This document shows, one piece after another, positions 1 through 10,993 of a stretch of DNA of 63,764 nucleotides. The stretch's first letter is position 1. Each line of letters begins with the position of its first letter. Source of the stretch: Octopus bimaculoides (taxonomy: Eukaryota); contig NC_068996.1 of the NCBI RefSeq assembly GCF_001194135.2, positions 24,263,239-24,327,002 of the forward strand, given 5' to 3'. The notes under the pieces were generated by a model. That model ran no database searches. It was given only the letters and a program-made list of their open reading frames with translations, and was not told where the DNA came from. The position numbers were made by a program, and so were the translations under genes.

Positions 1-61
1 TACCTGTAATTTTGGATTTTGTCCCTAATATTATTATATATATATATATATATATAATATG

Positions 62-116
<55 letters not shown>

Positions 117-119
117 TCT

Positions 120-330
120 CTTTCTCTTTTTAATTTAAAGTAAATTTTGACTAGTCGCTTACTTGGTAGCAAAGTTGTGAAGGAAAGTATCTTCTTTTAA
201 CCATTATCCTTTAAATCTGAAGGTCTTGTACATCTGTAGATGTCCTGTCCTTTTTCTCCTCTATTTATCTGGTCATATTAGTGTCCAGTTGGCTGCTGAT
301 TTCCACAACAGACTGTGTTTATATATTAAC
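120..330 (-). mobile_element. R4/Dong-type non-LTR retrotransposon, decayed C-terminal restriction-like endonuclease end and 3' end
   Basis: Minus strand reads VEISSQLDTNMTR*IEEKKDRTSTDVQDLQI, matching the EISCP.D.NI..K..EK RLE motif seen intact at 25.7 kb. The 3' end abuts (CATA)n at 95-116. Confidence 0.55.
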
Positions 331-334
331 ATTG

Positions 335-510
335 TCATAATCATCATCATTTAGCGTCCATATCTTAACCCATGCTGACATGGGTTAAGATAGTTTGACT
401 GGAACAGGTAAGCGAGAGAGCTGTGCCAGGCTCCAATCTGATTTGGCTTGGTTTCTATGACTGGATGCCCTTTCTAATTCCAACCACTCCAAGAAAGTAG
501 TGCGTGCCTC
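335..510 (-). mobile_element. RTE-LINE 3'-end fragment with (GAT)n tail
   Basis: Reverse complement of the recurrent tail ...aacccatgctagcatggaaagcggacgttaaacgatgatgat, plus the ctggatgcccttcct and ggctccaatctgatttggc motifs. Confidence 0.8.
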
Positions 511-556
511 TAACATATACATGTAACCTGTGCATAAAGTACCCCCATGCACTCAC

Positions 557-561
557 GTGTG

Positions 562-635
<74 letters not shown>
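557..635. repeat. (GT)n microsatellite
   Basis: Directly visible. Confidence 0.95.
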
Positions 636-636
<1 letters not shown>

Positions 637-649
637 AAGTATGTATGAT

Positions 650-1050
650 CATTAGCATCATCATTAAACATCCATGTTTCTGTCTACTTCTGTCATCAAA
701 CTCACCATTACTCCACCACTGCTGCTGCCACTTTCACCACCACCACCACCACATTATCATCCTCATCATCATCATCATCATGGGTTGCATGCTTTGACGG
801 GATCTGAAAGGTTTAAAGACTGCATTATGCTCCAGTATCTGCTTTGGCATAGTTCTATGGTTGGATATCCTTTCTAATGCCAACTATTTATTGTGTATAC
901 TGGATGTTATTTCGTGACATCAGTACAAATGCAGCTACCATGCAGCCAGTGAGATTAAGATCCCTTTTGGCTGAGTGGGGCTACAGTAGAAAGGGAGGCA
1001 GCTTTATGCTACAGGATGGGGGCTTAATGTGTGAGAGAAGGGACTAGAAC
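650..1050 (-). mobile_element. (CAT/CAC)n tract plus an older, diverged RTE 3'-end copy
   Basis: catgggttg...ctgctttggcatagttctatggttggatatcctttctaatgccaac is a diverged version of the RTE tail. Confidence 0.6.
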
Positions 1051-1689
1051 AGGTTTCTTTCTGCATAGGGGTGACATGGATACTCATATTATAGAAGAGA
1101 GGGTGGGAGAGACAGTAGTGAAGATAGTAGAATCAATGGAAAAAATATTCCATCCATTGAGAGATGAATATCAACCAAAAGAGCTACTAATAGTTTCATG
1201 CTTTTATGATACTTGAACATGCATATTTATAAAATACACCATGCATCTAAAAGCAAACTTTCAGGTTTTATATATATATAATTTATAGATCCCATAGAGG
1301 TAGAATCAACAAAAAAAAGTATTTTATCCAGTGAGGGATGAATATGAATTTAATACACAGCTGAAAGAGCTACTAAGGGTTTCATGCCTTTACGATACTT
1401 TATATAGGCAGATTTCTAAAACACACCATGTATCTCCAGACAATCTTTCAGGCTCAATTTATACATTAGGTATATTTTAAAAATCAGGATGCTGGACAGT
1501 GAGAAAATAAGAAAAAACAAGAGGGAAAACATGAAGGAGTTTGATGCAAGAAATGGAATAAGAAGAAAGAAACAAAAGCAAAAAAAAAAAAAACAAGATC
1601 CCCATCCTCCCTGATTGCAAAAATCACAATTAATGTGGCTGGTGTAGAACAATATAACAGTGAATATGTCAAAGTCTATTAGACAGCAA

Positions 1690-2290
1690 CTCAATCCAGA
1701 GTAGGTGGTGTCTTCCAGTTTGACAAAAGAAACTTGTTCGAGTTTCTTTTGAAACTGCTAAAAATTTCAGATCTGGAATGAAGCAGTGTAGTGGAATTCT
1801 TGAATCCAAGAAGAATATATGATCTTTCTGCTATGCATGAGCTGCATTTCTTAGATCCATTAACATATAGCTTGGATTTCTCTACAACTCTCCACTTGAT
1901 TGTATGTGGTGTGGAGTTGTTCTTCAATTCCATATGTGGCTAGCCAACTTCGTCACATTACTTTTGTCAATGTGCCAGAAAGAAGATAGGTGATTTGCAT
2001 AACATCTTTTGAAATTGCCTTTGCATAACCTGATGTAATTCCTCTTTTCATTTAGGTTATCTTGAAGCATTGTTGTTACTTCTGTTTCATCTATGACAGG
2101 GTTTATCATGCATGTCTGGTCAAATGGGCAAGCTTCAGGGTTTCGATATTTACAACTGGGAGTGGACTGTTGGTAACCTTAATGAGTTATACTGTTCTTC
2201 AATTCAGAGCAGCGATTGTGATATTTTAATTGGTCATTTGTTAAAATGATGTGTTGCTTTAGTTAGAAAGATATACAGATGATCATACAA
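1690..2290 (-). mobile_element. Penelope-like element remnant: Cys-rich linker plus GIY-YIG endonuclease
   Basis: Frameshifted translation SCKYRNPEACPFDQTCMINPVI...NYIRLCKGNFKRCYANHLSSF...TKLASHIW / ELKNN...IKWRVVEKSKLYVNGSKKCSSCIAERSYIL fits the PLE pattern CxC..CP..C, YIG..FK.RY.NH, IW.LK, C.LC..EK. Confidence 0.8.
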
Positions 2291-3479
2291 GTAGTAGAAA
2301 TAGTGATGGTTGGATAAAGGTTAAATTTTGAAAGAGCTATAGAGGTCTGAGAATAATGTCTGTAAAGTCAAAATATCAAACAAGTAAGGTGGGCACTAAC
2401 AGGGGAATATGTCATGCAGGATACAGTGTTACAGTATGCAGGATACAGTGTTACTTCATGTGTTATGTGGTGTGTTACACAACATGTTACATGATTTGTT
2501 ACATGGTGCATAGTGTGGAAGTCTGGGTTCCTCCTTTCTTGGGTCCTCATTTCTCAATGGAGTTTTTTGGCTGTTGTTATTAGGGTGAGTCTTGGTCATT
2601 TTAAACATGGCAGTGCCCATTCTTCTCTGGGTCTGAACACTGGTTTCATCCAGAATGAGAGATAGAGGATGAGATAGAGAGGGAAAGAGACAGAGAGCAA
2701 GAGAGATAACAGGGAGAGAGAGAGAGAGAGAGAGACATACACACACACACAATGGGAGTAAAGAATCAATGCCTGTACTGAAGTTGTGCTTTCCTTATCA
2801 ACCCCAAAATGATGGAAATCAAAATTGGCCTCACTCGGAATCAAACTGGAAGCATGGAGAGACTGAGAATAGAATCCATAAAGCATCCTGTCTGACACTA
2901 TAATGACTCTGCTAATAAATTGTCTACCAGAAGTCTGGTTATATATATTATAGGATTTATCATGTGAGTGAAGGCATGTGATATTTAGTGCATATTATAT
3001 TGTGACTAGTTAGAAACATTATGACATATCTATTATAGTAGAGTACATCTTGACTACATTAGTAATCTTTAATCTAATTTACGATGCAGCTTATTCTGGT
3101 ATGAATGATAACTTCATAGTTTGGTAAATTTTAGAATAAATCATTAGAACTGGTATCTGTAATTAGCTGGAATTTATAATAGACAATTGGTTAATATGCA
3201 GAAAATTTGTTCCTAGTGGTATCTATCTGATTTTCAATTAGGTAGGTGGAGTTAATTAGAGTAATGAACATTTTCTAATTAGATAGCTATTACTTGCCAG
3301 TGGCAGTCACTGGATCATCTTGCCTGAACCTGAAGTTCAATATTCCCCAATATTCTTGCTGAGTAAAAAATAGAATTAATTATGCTGGAAATAATTAGTA
3401 ATGAGTCAATAAATAGTTTCTATTAAAGTTACTCAACTTACAACAATTAGAAATATAAGTTTGAAAAGAGAATATTGCT

Positions 3480-4200
3480 ATAATGTCAGATAGTCATAAC
3501 TAGTTATAACTTCATGTTGTCATAGATATTTTTATAATATCAGATATTCATAGCAACTGATTTTGCCATAACTACAGTTAAAACTTAATGTAGTCATAAA
3601 TATCGTTATAACCTCAAGTAGTCATAAATTGTTATAAATTAATGTTCTCATAAATATTGTTATAACCTCAAGTAGTCATAAATTGTTATAAATTAATGTT
3701 GTCATAAATATTGTTATGACCTACTGTTATAATTTCATGTGGTCATAAATGCTGTTATAAACTCATATAGTCATAAATGTTATAATAATTTCAGGTAGTT
3801 ATAACAACAGTTATAACCTCAAGTAGTCATAATTATTGTTATTACAATATGCAAACATAAGTACTATTAAAAACTCAGGTAATCATAACTAATAATACAA
3901 TCTCAAGTAGTTATAACTACCATTGTAACCTTAGTTAGTTATAACTACCATTAAAACTTCAGGTAGTCATAGATACTGTAATAACTTCAGGTAATTTTAA
4001 AAGCTGTTATAATCTCATGAAGTTATAATTACCATTATAATTTCAAATAGTCATAACTACGATTAAATGCCACATAACTACCACCAAATACCACTAAAAC
4101 TTGATATAGTCACACCTACCATTATAACATAGGTCAATCATAGTTACTGCACAACCTCAAGTAATCATAAACACTGTTAAAAATTAAGTAGTCATAAATA
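3480..4200. repeat. Degenerate AT-rich minisatellite, ~26-28-bp unit (gtagtcataaatattgttataacctcaa)
   Basis: Recurrent gtagtcataa / gttataacctca motifs; near-exact 54-bp tandem duplication at 3605-3658 and 3659-3712. Confidence 0.8.
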
Positions 4201-4310
4201 TTGTTTCCCTCATGCAAATTTTTTATGTCAATCTATTGTTTTATTTATTGAAAATTTACAGATAATTTAATAATTACACATATAACACATGTATATGATG
4301 CATTTGTTAT

Positions 4311-4610
4311 GAAGGTGCATGACTTAGTAGTTAGAGTGCTGCACTCATGATCTATCGATCGTGGTTTCAATTCCTAAACCAGGTGGTGCATTGTGTTCTT
4401 GAGCAAAACACTTCCTCTTGCATTGCTCTGTGATCACTTTGACACCTAAAACATAGCACACAGTGCACCTGTTCAGACAACGTCGATTTGATGGAGGGAG
4501 TGAGCTAATATGCAGAACATTTGATCACTATAAACAAATCATTTGTACAGGTTGTTCAGCAAAAGTTGAACACTCATACATCGTCTTTGGTGGGTAAGTC
4601 CACCATATGG
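4311..4610 (+). mobile_element. tRNA-headed SINE, family D
   Basis: A/B-box-like head (tgacttagtagttagag...ggtttcaattcc), then tgtgttcttgagcaaaacactt and cagtgcacctgttcagacaa...gatttgatggagggagtgag. A second copy is at 53495-53995. Confidence 0.75.
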
Positions 4611-4739
4611 TACATATATAATACAAAAGCAACTTGAAAATCCAAATCCCAAACCAAAGAAAACACAACCATGAGCCAAGAGAGAGTCAGATTTGGATAT
4701 ATATTTCAATGTGGTTTTGTATTATGTATGTATTATATA

Positions 4740-5130
4740 TACTCTTTTACTCTTTTACTTGTTTCAGTCATTTGACTGCGGCCATGCTGGGGTACAGCCT
4801 TTAGTCGAGCAACTCGACCCCAGGACTTATTCTTTGTAATCCTAGTACTTATTCTATCGGTCTCTTTTTGCCGAACCGCCAAGTTACGGGGACATAAACA
4901 CACCAGCATCGGTCGTCAAGCGAAGCTGGGGGGGGGGACAAATACAGACACACAAACATATACACACACNNNNNNNNNNTCAGTTTCCGTCTACCAAATC
5001 CACTCACAAGGCTTTGGTTGGCCCGAGGCTATAGTTGAAGACACTTGCCCAAGGTGCCACGCAGTGGGACTGAACCCAGAACCATGTGGTTGGTAAGCAA
5101 GCTACTTACCACACAGCCACTCCTGCGCCT
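4740..5130 (-). mobile_element. CORE-like tRNA SINE, family S1 (full length, small internal gap)
   Basis: Minus strand: aggcgcaggagtggctgtgtggtaag...ccttgggcaagtgtctt (CORE-like)...internal microsatellite...ccagcatggccgcagtcaaatgactgaaacaagtaaaagagt tail. Confidence 0.9.
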
Positions 5131-5197
5131 ATATGTATATCTGTTATATATGTAATTATTAAATTATCTAAATTTTCAATAAATATTGTTATATTGC

Positions 5198-5620
5198 AGA
5201 TAGTCATAACTACTGAAACAAGTTCATGCAGTTGTAATGACAGTTGTAATAACTCCAAATAGTCATAACTATTGATAATTACAGTTATAAGCTCAGGTAG
5301 TCATAGTAACCCAAGTCATCATAAACGCTATCGTAACCTCTTCTGGTTAACGCTATTGTAACTACTCAGTGTATTGAGCAGCAAGTTTCTTCCACCAGGT
5401 TCAATCAACTGCTATTTTTATACATCCATTCCACACAATGTTGACTTGTCTCTGGGTCATGCTGAAATGTCCACAGCTGAGGGGTCTTCAGCCAGACCAG
5501 TTCATGCCTGCCCTGGCTGGTATCCAAAATCATGAGTGTTTCCGAGTGCTTTGACTACTGTTATGTAGCCATAAATACAGTTATAGCCTCGGGTAAAATT
5601 AATGCAATTAAACACTTTTT
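5198..5620. repeat. Continuation of the 3480-4200 minisatellite, interrupted by a ~185-bp GC-richer insert
   Basis: The same gtagtcataac / gttataacctc motifs occur at 5198-5350 and 5560-5620. Confidence 0.6.
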
Positions 5621-5794
5621 ATAATTTCAGTTTTTTATTATTCATTATTTTTAATATTTAAATTTTATTTAAAATTAGAGAATATAAATTTTAAATGATT
5701 GATCTTGCATTTTCATAAAATTCTCTCCATTTCCTCTATTCTTTGCAGCTTTTTAACACACTGAGAATCACATATATATATATTTATGTATGTA

Positions 5795-6265
5795 TGCTGA
5801 ACTATTGAGAAATCTACAGTTACTCTACATAGATTACAAGTTCAGATTTATACTTGTGATTATTAGAGTACTGGGATATGGTACACTTTGCCTAAGCACC
5901 AATCTTGAGAAATTAGGCTTCTCAAAACCAGAAAGGAGAAAGCTGATTTGATGACTACAGATCCAAGTCATCAGTGGAACTGTTAAAATTTGTAAAACTT
6001 TTCAGAAATTTATCATTTTAGCATATATGCATATGTCTAGACATGAAACTGTACACATGAAAATACATACATAAAACAAAACATACAAATCTGAACATGC
6101 ACTGACTCTAAATACTGTACATATACACATATACATACTAAAATATTCTGTTGATATTGTTGAAATTCCAATGAAGGAATCTCGGATTAAGGTTAGACAC
6201 CAGCTCTTTCTCTATTGGCAAGAAATCTTGAAATAAAACTGAGTAATAACTTACATACATACAAA
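5795..6265 (+). mobile_element. R4/Dong-type LINE 3' end (C-terminus plus 3' UTR) ending in (CATA)n
   Basis: Matches, in opposite orientation, the 3' part of the 25196-26260 copy (gaactattgagaaatctacagtt...ttggcaagaaatcttgaaataaaactgag). Confidence 0.85.
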
Positions 6266-6289
6266 CATACTTAAAACAGCGAAATTTTT

Positions 6290-6370
6290 CCCCTAAATTC
6301 TTCATTATTTTCAAAGTTAATTGAAAGAAAGGCATTGTATTACAAAGAAATACAGTAATAAAGGGGTTAA
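6290..6370 (+). mobile_element. Right end of a TTAA (piggyBac-type) MITE
   Basis: ctaaattc...aattgaaagaaa...aaatacagtaataaaggggttaa matches the right end of the MITE at 19666-19886. Confidence 0.65.
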
Positions 6371-6710
6371 TGATATGGAAAAAAAAAGCTTTAAATAGCA
6401 TTCGTGAAAACTCCTCTCAAAGAAGCAAGGGGACAGAACTCTGAAATTCTAATTGAATGGAAATTAAATGGAGACAGATATGCAGGTGAGACAAAGTGAG
6501 AGTCTGGTCTTTGGTAGCAACAGAGATAACTCCAGATACATTTCTACCTCATTAGACCTCTTCAGTGAAGAATTGTTAGCATGCAATGCATAACAACCAG
6601 GATCACAGAATGACCTGAAACATATATTACTTTTGTATGTGTGTGTGAAAATAACTTACTGATTAGCTAATTAGAAATAATGACATTGCAAGAATACAAT
6701 TTTTATTTAG

Positions 6711-6800
6711 TTATTTTTGTCATGAGAATTTATTTGAGAATGATGAAATTATTCTAATTTCTGATGGGAATGGCATTAATTACGCAACCATTGTGAATGA
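6711..6800 (+). CDS. Candidate internal exon of an unidentified host gene (phase 2-2)
   Basis: Acceptor tttttatttag, donor GA|gtaagt, one open frame YFCHENLFENDEIILISDGNGINYATIVN. No homology assigned. Confidence 0.4.
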
Positions 6801-6939
6801 GTAAGTATGCTATCTAATGCTTGCAATAGAGACATGGTGACATAGTGCTTCAAGTTTGGTTTACTGTTATCTCCTTGTCTGTATACTATAAACTCAACAT
6901 TATTATGGATTTATCACATCATTCATTTGAAACTAACTC

Positions 6940-6943
<4 letters not shown>

Positions 6944-6978
<35 letters not shown>

Positions 6979-7020
6979 CCTCTCTCTCTCTCTCTCTCTC
7001 TATCAATCTATCTATCTATC
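6944..7020. repeat. (CT)n/(CTAT)n microsatellite
   Basis: Directly visible. Confidence 0.9.
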
Positions 7021-7098
7021 TTTCTCCTTTTTTCTTTCCTTCACACTCATGTTTTTTTCTCTCTCACTCCTACTCTTTGAGTTCATACAATACAATAG

Positions 7099-7246
7099 GC
7101 ACAGATGTGATTGTATGGTTAAGAAACTTGTTTCCCAACCACGTAGTCTTTGGTTCAGTCTCAACATGCAGCACCTTTGACAAATGTCTTCTAATATAGC
7201 CTCAGGTCAGCCAAAGCTATGTGAGTGAATTTGATAGATGGAAACT
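7099..7246 (+). mobile_element. S1 SINE 5' half (diverged), ending in TA/TATG microsatellite
   Basis: Diverged head and CORE-like block, ending gatggaaact followed by the microsatellite. Confidence 0.75.
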
Positions 7247-7265
7247 ATATATATATATATGTATG

Positions 7266-7296
<31 letters not shown>

Positions 7297-7663
7297 AAGC
7301 ATATACATTCATATATATACATACATACATATATATTATATATATATGAAATATTCAAACACTGAGATTTGAAGTTAGATGTCACTACTGTTCATATCAT
7401 CTGTGGATAAATTCAAAATTTGATGATATCACCAGTAGTAGCATGGGTGGAACGCAGTTATGATAGCTTTAAGGAGCTATGAAATATAAATTTGCACGAA
7501 GCGTAATGATGCTTAATGAGCATTTACCTGCTAGAAATAAGAGCCAAGTCTTAAATAATCCACCGTTGCGCACCAATATAACAGAGAAAAACAGTATGCG
7601 AGGAAAACAGAAAGAATTAAAACATTTAACAGCACAAATAAAAATATTATGCAATTAGGGATA

Positions 7664-7719
7664 TCCACAAACCAGGTTTCGGCTTTTGGTTATTCAACCT
7701 TGAGTCTCGTCAGTGTGGA
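7664..7719 (-). ncRNA. Minimal type I hammerhead ribozyme-like motif
   Basis: Minus strand: tccaca-CTGACGA-gact...agcc-GAAA-cctgg-TT-tgtgga. Perfect 6-bp stem I (tccaca/tgtgga), stem II with one mismatch, near-palindromic stem III (acc-t-ggt). Confidence 0.6.
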
Positions 7720-8043
7720 CTATGAGTTCAAATTCATGACTGTTTACGTTAGTCTCTGACTGCAACTGGTTTTGTTTTGCGCCAAAATCAGGCTCTTATT
7801 TCTAGCAGGTAGATGCTCATTAAGCATCATTATGCTTNNNNNNNNNNNNNNNNNNNTATATATCGAAACGTCTAGTTAGAATAGAGGCAGCTGACATAGG
7901 ATTAATTCCAAGTGGCTATCTGTTTTCCTATGTGTTCATTCCGTTGTCTGTAGTTCATTTTTCTAACATCCTGTACCCTGATATGCATCTATATACACAT
8001 GTAGATGTAAGTATGTACATATATGTGTGTATACATGCATACA

Positions 8044-8052
8044 TATTCTTTG

Positions 8053-8101
<49 letters not shown>

Positions 8102-8173
8102 TATAAATGTATGTATGTATGTACATACATATGTATGTATATGCATATACATGCATATACATATACATATATA
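8044..8173. repeat. (TA)n/(TATG)n microsatellite
   Basis: Directly visible. Confidence 0.95.
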
Positions 8174-8174
8174 C

Positions 8175-8480
8175 AGGATGCTGGAGAGGTGCAACATCAC
8201 ATCCACACCCAGTTATGCATGGTGTTTAAAAGAGGAAGGCATGCCATACATAATTAAATGGAGGCTCCTCGAACAGCTGGAGCCATATCTCAACAGGAGC
8301 GAAGTATGTAAACATTGCTTGGCTGAGAGAGCAAGGAACCTGAAAATCTTACTTGACTCAAGGGCCTTTTTAAACTCTAGGAAAGAACATCCTGAGAACA
8401 TACTGGCAAGACCATGTAACCAATGAAGACATTCTAAAGGGAGCCTACACAAAGGTCAGTTCTTCCTTATTTATGCCTCT
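8175..8480 (+). mobile_element. Penelope-like GIY-YIG C-terminal remnant
   Basis: [39 protein letters not shown]...FLNSRKE fits the PLE W.LK..IKW..C.LC..E..LNSR.E pattern. Starts at a TA tract. Confidence 0.75.
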
Positions 8481-8523
8481 TTTAATATCCTGGCATCAAT
8501 ATAGAATAAACCAATAATATATA

Positions 8524-8685
8524 AGCGCAGGTGTGGTTGTGGGGTAAGAAGTTTGCTTCCCAACTATATGGTTCTCAGTTCAGTCCCACTGTGTGGCACC
8601 TTGGATAAGAGTCTTCTACTATAACATCGGGTCAACCAAAGCCTCACAAATGGATTTGGTTGATGGAAACTGAAAGAAGCCCATC

Positions 8686-8737
<52 letters not shown>

Positions 8738-9612
8738 NNNNNNNNNNNNNNNNNNNNNNNNNNNNNNNNNNNNNNNNNNNNNNNNNNNNNNNNNNNNNNN
8801 NNNNNNNNNNNNNNNNNNNNNNNNNNNNNNNNNNNNNNNNNNNNNNNNNNNNNNNNNNNNNNNNNNNNNNNNNNNNNNNNNNNNNNNNNNNNNNNNNNNN
8901 NNNNNNNNNNNNNNNNNNNNNNNNNNNNNNNNNNNNNNNNNNNNNNNNNNNNNNNNNNNNNNNNNNNNNNNNNNNNNNNNNNNNNNNNNNNNNNNNNNNN
9001 NNNNNNNNNNNNNNNNNNNNNNNNNNNNNNNNNNNNNNNNNNNNNNNNNNNNNNNNNNNNNNNNNNNNNNNNNNNNNNNNNNNNNNNNNNNNNNNNNNNN
9101 NNNNNNNNNNNNNNNNNNNNNNNNNNNNNNNNNNNNNNNNNNNNNNNNNNCCTGGACTGGCTCTTGTGCGGGTGGCACATAAAAGACACCATTTCGAGCG
9201 TGGCCGTTTTTGTGCGGGTGACACGTAAAAGCACCCACTACACTCTCTGAGTGGTTGGCATTAGGAAGGGCATCCAGCTGTAGAAACTCTGCTAAATTAG
9301 ATTGGAGCCTGGTGTTGCCATCCGGTTTCACCAGTCCTCAGTCAAATCGTCCAACCCATGCCAGCATGGAAGGCGGACGTTAAACGATGATGATGATGAT
9401 GATGATGATATGAATGTGTGTGAGTGTGTGTGTGCGTGAGTGTGTGTGTGCCTTTGTATATGTATTTGTTTCCTACCAGCACTTGATAGAATAAGTACCA
9501 GGCTTTAAAAAAAATAATGAGTATTGGGGTTGATAAGTTTGACTAAAACCCTTGAAAGGTGGTGCCCCAGCATGGCTGCAGTCAAATGAGTGAAGCAAAA
9601 TGAAAGATAAAA
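8524..9612 (+). mobile_element. S1 SINE split at its internal microsatellite (5' half 8524-8685, 3' half 9410-9612)
   Basis: Both halves are recognisable and co-oriented; the gap and an RTE tail lie between them. Confidence 0.65.
9151..9409 (+). mobile_element. Young RTE-LINE 3' end with (GAT)n tail
   Basis: cacccactacactctctgagtggttggcattaggaagggcatccagctgtagaaactc...aacccatgccagcatggaaggcggacgttaaacgatgatgat. Confidence 0.9.
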
Positions 9613-9619
9613 AGCAGAA

Positions 9620-9900
9620 AATAGTTCGCATTGATTTCTTTCTCCATACCCTTCACTCTTAAAGTAAGTTTCTCTTTCAGAAAGGCGACATAATTCATCT
9701 GCCCAGAGACCAGTTAGCAATTTCCAGAGCAATAATAGTTAAACATAGAGGCCTATAATTATTGACTTCCTTTCTGTTTTCTTTATATTTCTATATTAAC
9801 ACCATTCTTCCTTTTGTCATCTACATTGGTGTTCCAATTTCTATACAATCAGGGAGACATCATTGTAGTATATTATTATGTATGCCCCAATATTCAACAA
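9620..9900 (-). mobile_element. R4/Dong-type RT N-terminal remnant
   Basis: Frameshifted MTKGRMVLI*KYKENRKEVNNYRP / LWKLLTGLWADEL matches RT domain 1-2 of R4-clade elements (NYRPI.CL...WK.LTG). Confidence 0.7.
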
Positions 9901-9956
9901 TGAAACATCCCACATTCAATAATGTAAACATCCCACTTCTGACAGATAATTGTTTT

Positions 9957-10117
9957 TAGGCATAGCCATAGCTGTGGTAAGAAGCTTGCTTCCCAACCAC
10001 ATGGTTCTGAATTCAGTCCTAGTGTGTGGAATCTTGGGAAAGTGACTTCTACTATAACCTTGGAGAAACCAAAGCCCTCTGAGTGGATTTGGTAGACGGA
10101 AACTGAAAGAAGCCCAC

Positions 10118-10163
<46 letters not shown>

Positions 10164-10400
10164 TTTTCCTCCCATCACCACTTGACAACAATTGTTGAAG
10201 TGTTTGTGTCCCAGTAACTTAGTGGTTTGGCAAAAAGTGACCAATAGAATAAGTACCTCTTCTTATAAAAAAAGAAAGAAGTACTGATGGTGGTGGTGGT
10301 GGTGGTGGTAGTGGTGGGAAGGTCGATTCATTCAACCCTAAGAATTCAAGACGGTGCCTCAGCATGGTTGTAGTCTAGTAACTGAAACAAATAAAAAGAT
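9957..10400 (+). mobile_element. S1 SINE (diverged, full length)
   Basis: Head, CORE-like block, internal (GT)n and tail are all present. Confidence 0.85.
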
Positions 10401-10719
10401 TTTTTTAAATGCCATACACATACAGAAAACAATAATACTCAGTGTTACCTGCAACTCTTCCTTGACATTCACAACACACATAAAAGACATTGTAAGGAAA
10501 TTAAAACAATGTGTAAATATTGAGTAATCACAGGTTCCACTTCAGTCAACAGAAAGAAATACCAACACTGGCATACAAATGATATACATTAGGAAACCAG
10601 TCATGGATTCTACCAATCTGTTGTAGGTCTCCTCTGAGGTTTGTAGGAAGTTTGTAGCTGTTATTATGATGGTGTGAGGATGGGGTTTGGATTTTCTGGC
10701 TCTCGATAAAAGAAACCTT

Positions 10720-10897
10720 AATACAGTTCTATATTTAGGAGATGAGGAATTATGTACATTATTTACATTATTTACATTAGACGGATATTTATCCTCATCT
10801 TGTTTGTTGTTAACACAACATTTCAGCTGATATACCTTCCAGCCTTCATCAGGTGTCTTGGGGAAATTTCTCATTCATAAGGTATTTTTCGATGTTA

Positions 10898-10899
<2 letters not shown>
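10720..10899 (-). mobile_element. ~180-bp non-autonomous hammerhead-containing element (retrozyme/PLE-like)
   Basis: Contains the hammerhead at 10812-10857 and a 9-bp agatgagga/tcctcatct hairpin; abuts a (GAT)n tract. Confidence 0.6.
10812..10857 (-). ncRNA. Minimal type I hammerhead ribozyme motif (CpG-decayed copy)
   Basis: Minus strand: gacac-CTGATGA-aggctg(gaaggtatat)cagct-GAAA-tg-TT-gtgtt. 5-bp stems I and II, each with one G.U. GAAATGTT is the CpG-decayed form of GAAACGTT (ACGT palindromic stem III). Confidence 0.75.

Positions 10900-10993
<94 letters not shown>

Noticed and set aside
3283-3362. Exon-like open frames on both strands (minus QEYWGILNFRFRQDDPVTATG; plus SYYLPVAVTGSSCLNLKFNIPQYSC*)
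   Set aside because: The two readings are mutually competing, short, have weak donors and show no recognisable homology.
5369-5552. GC-richer insert with CTGAAGA (minus) and GAAATGTC...CTGAGG (plus), hammerhead-like words
   Set aside because: Neither strand gives correctly ordered cores with valid stems I and II.
9681-9758. Plus-strand exon-like frame KGDIIHLPRDQLAISRAIIVKHRGL*
   Set aside because: It is the antisense of the R4 RT remnant, and the apparent upstream intron would be only 17 nt.
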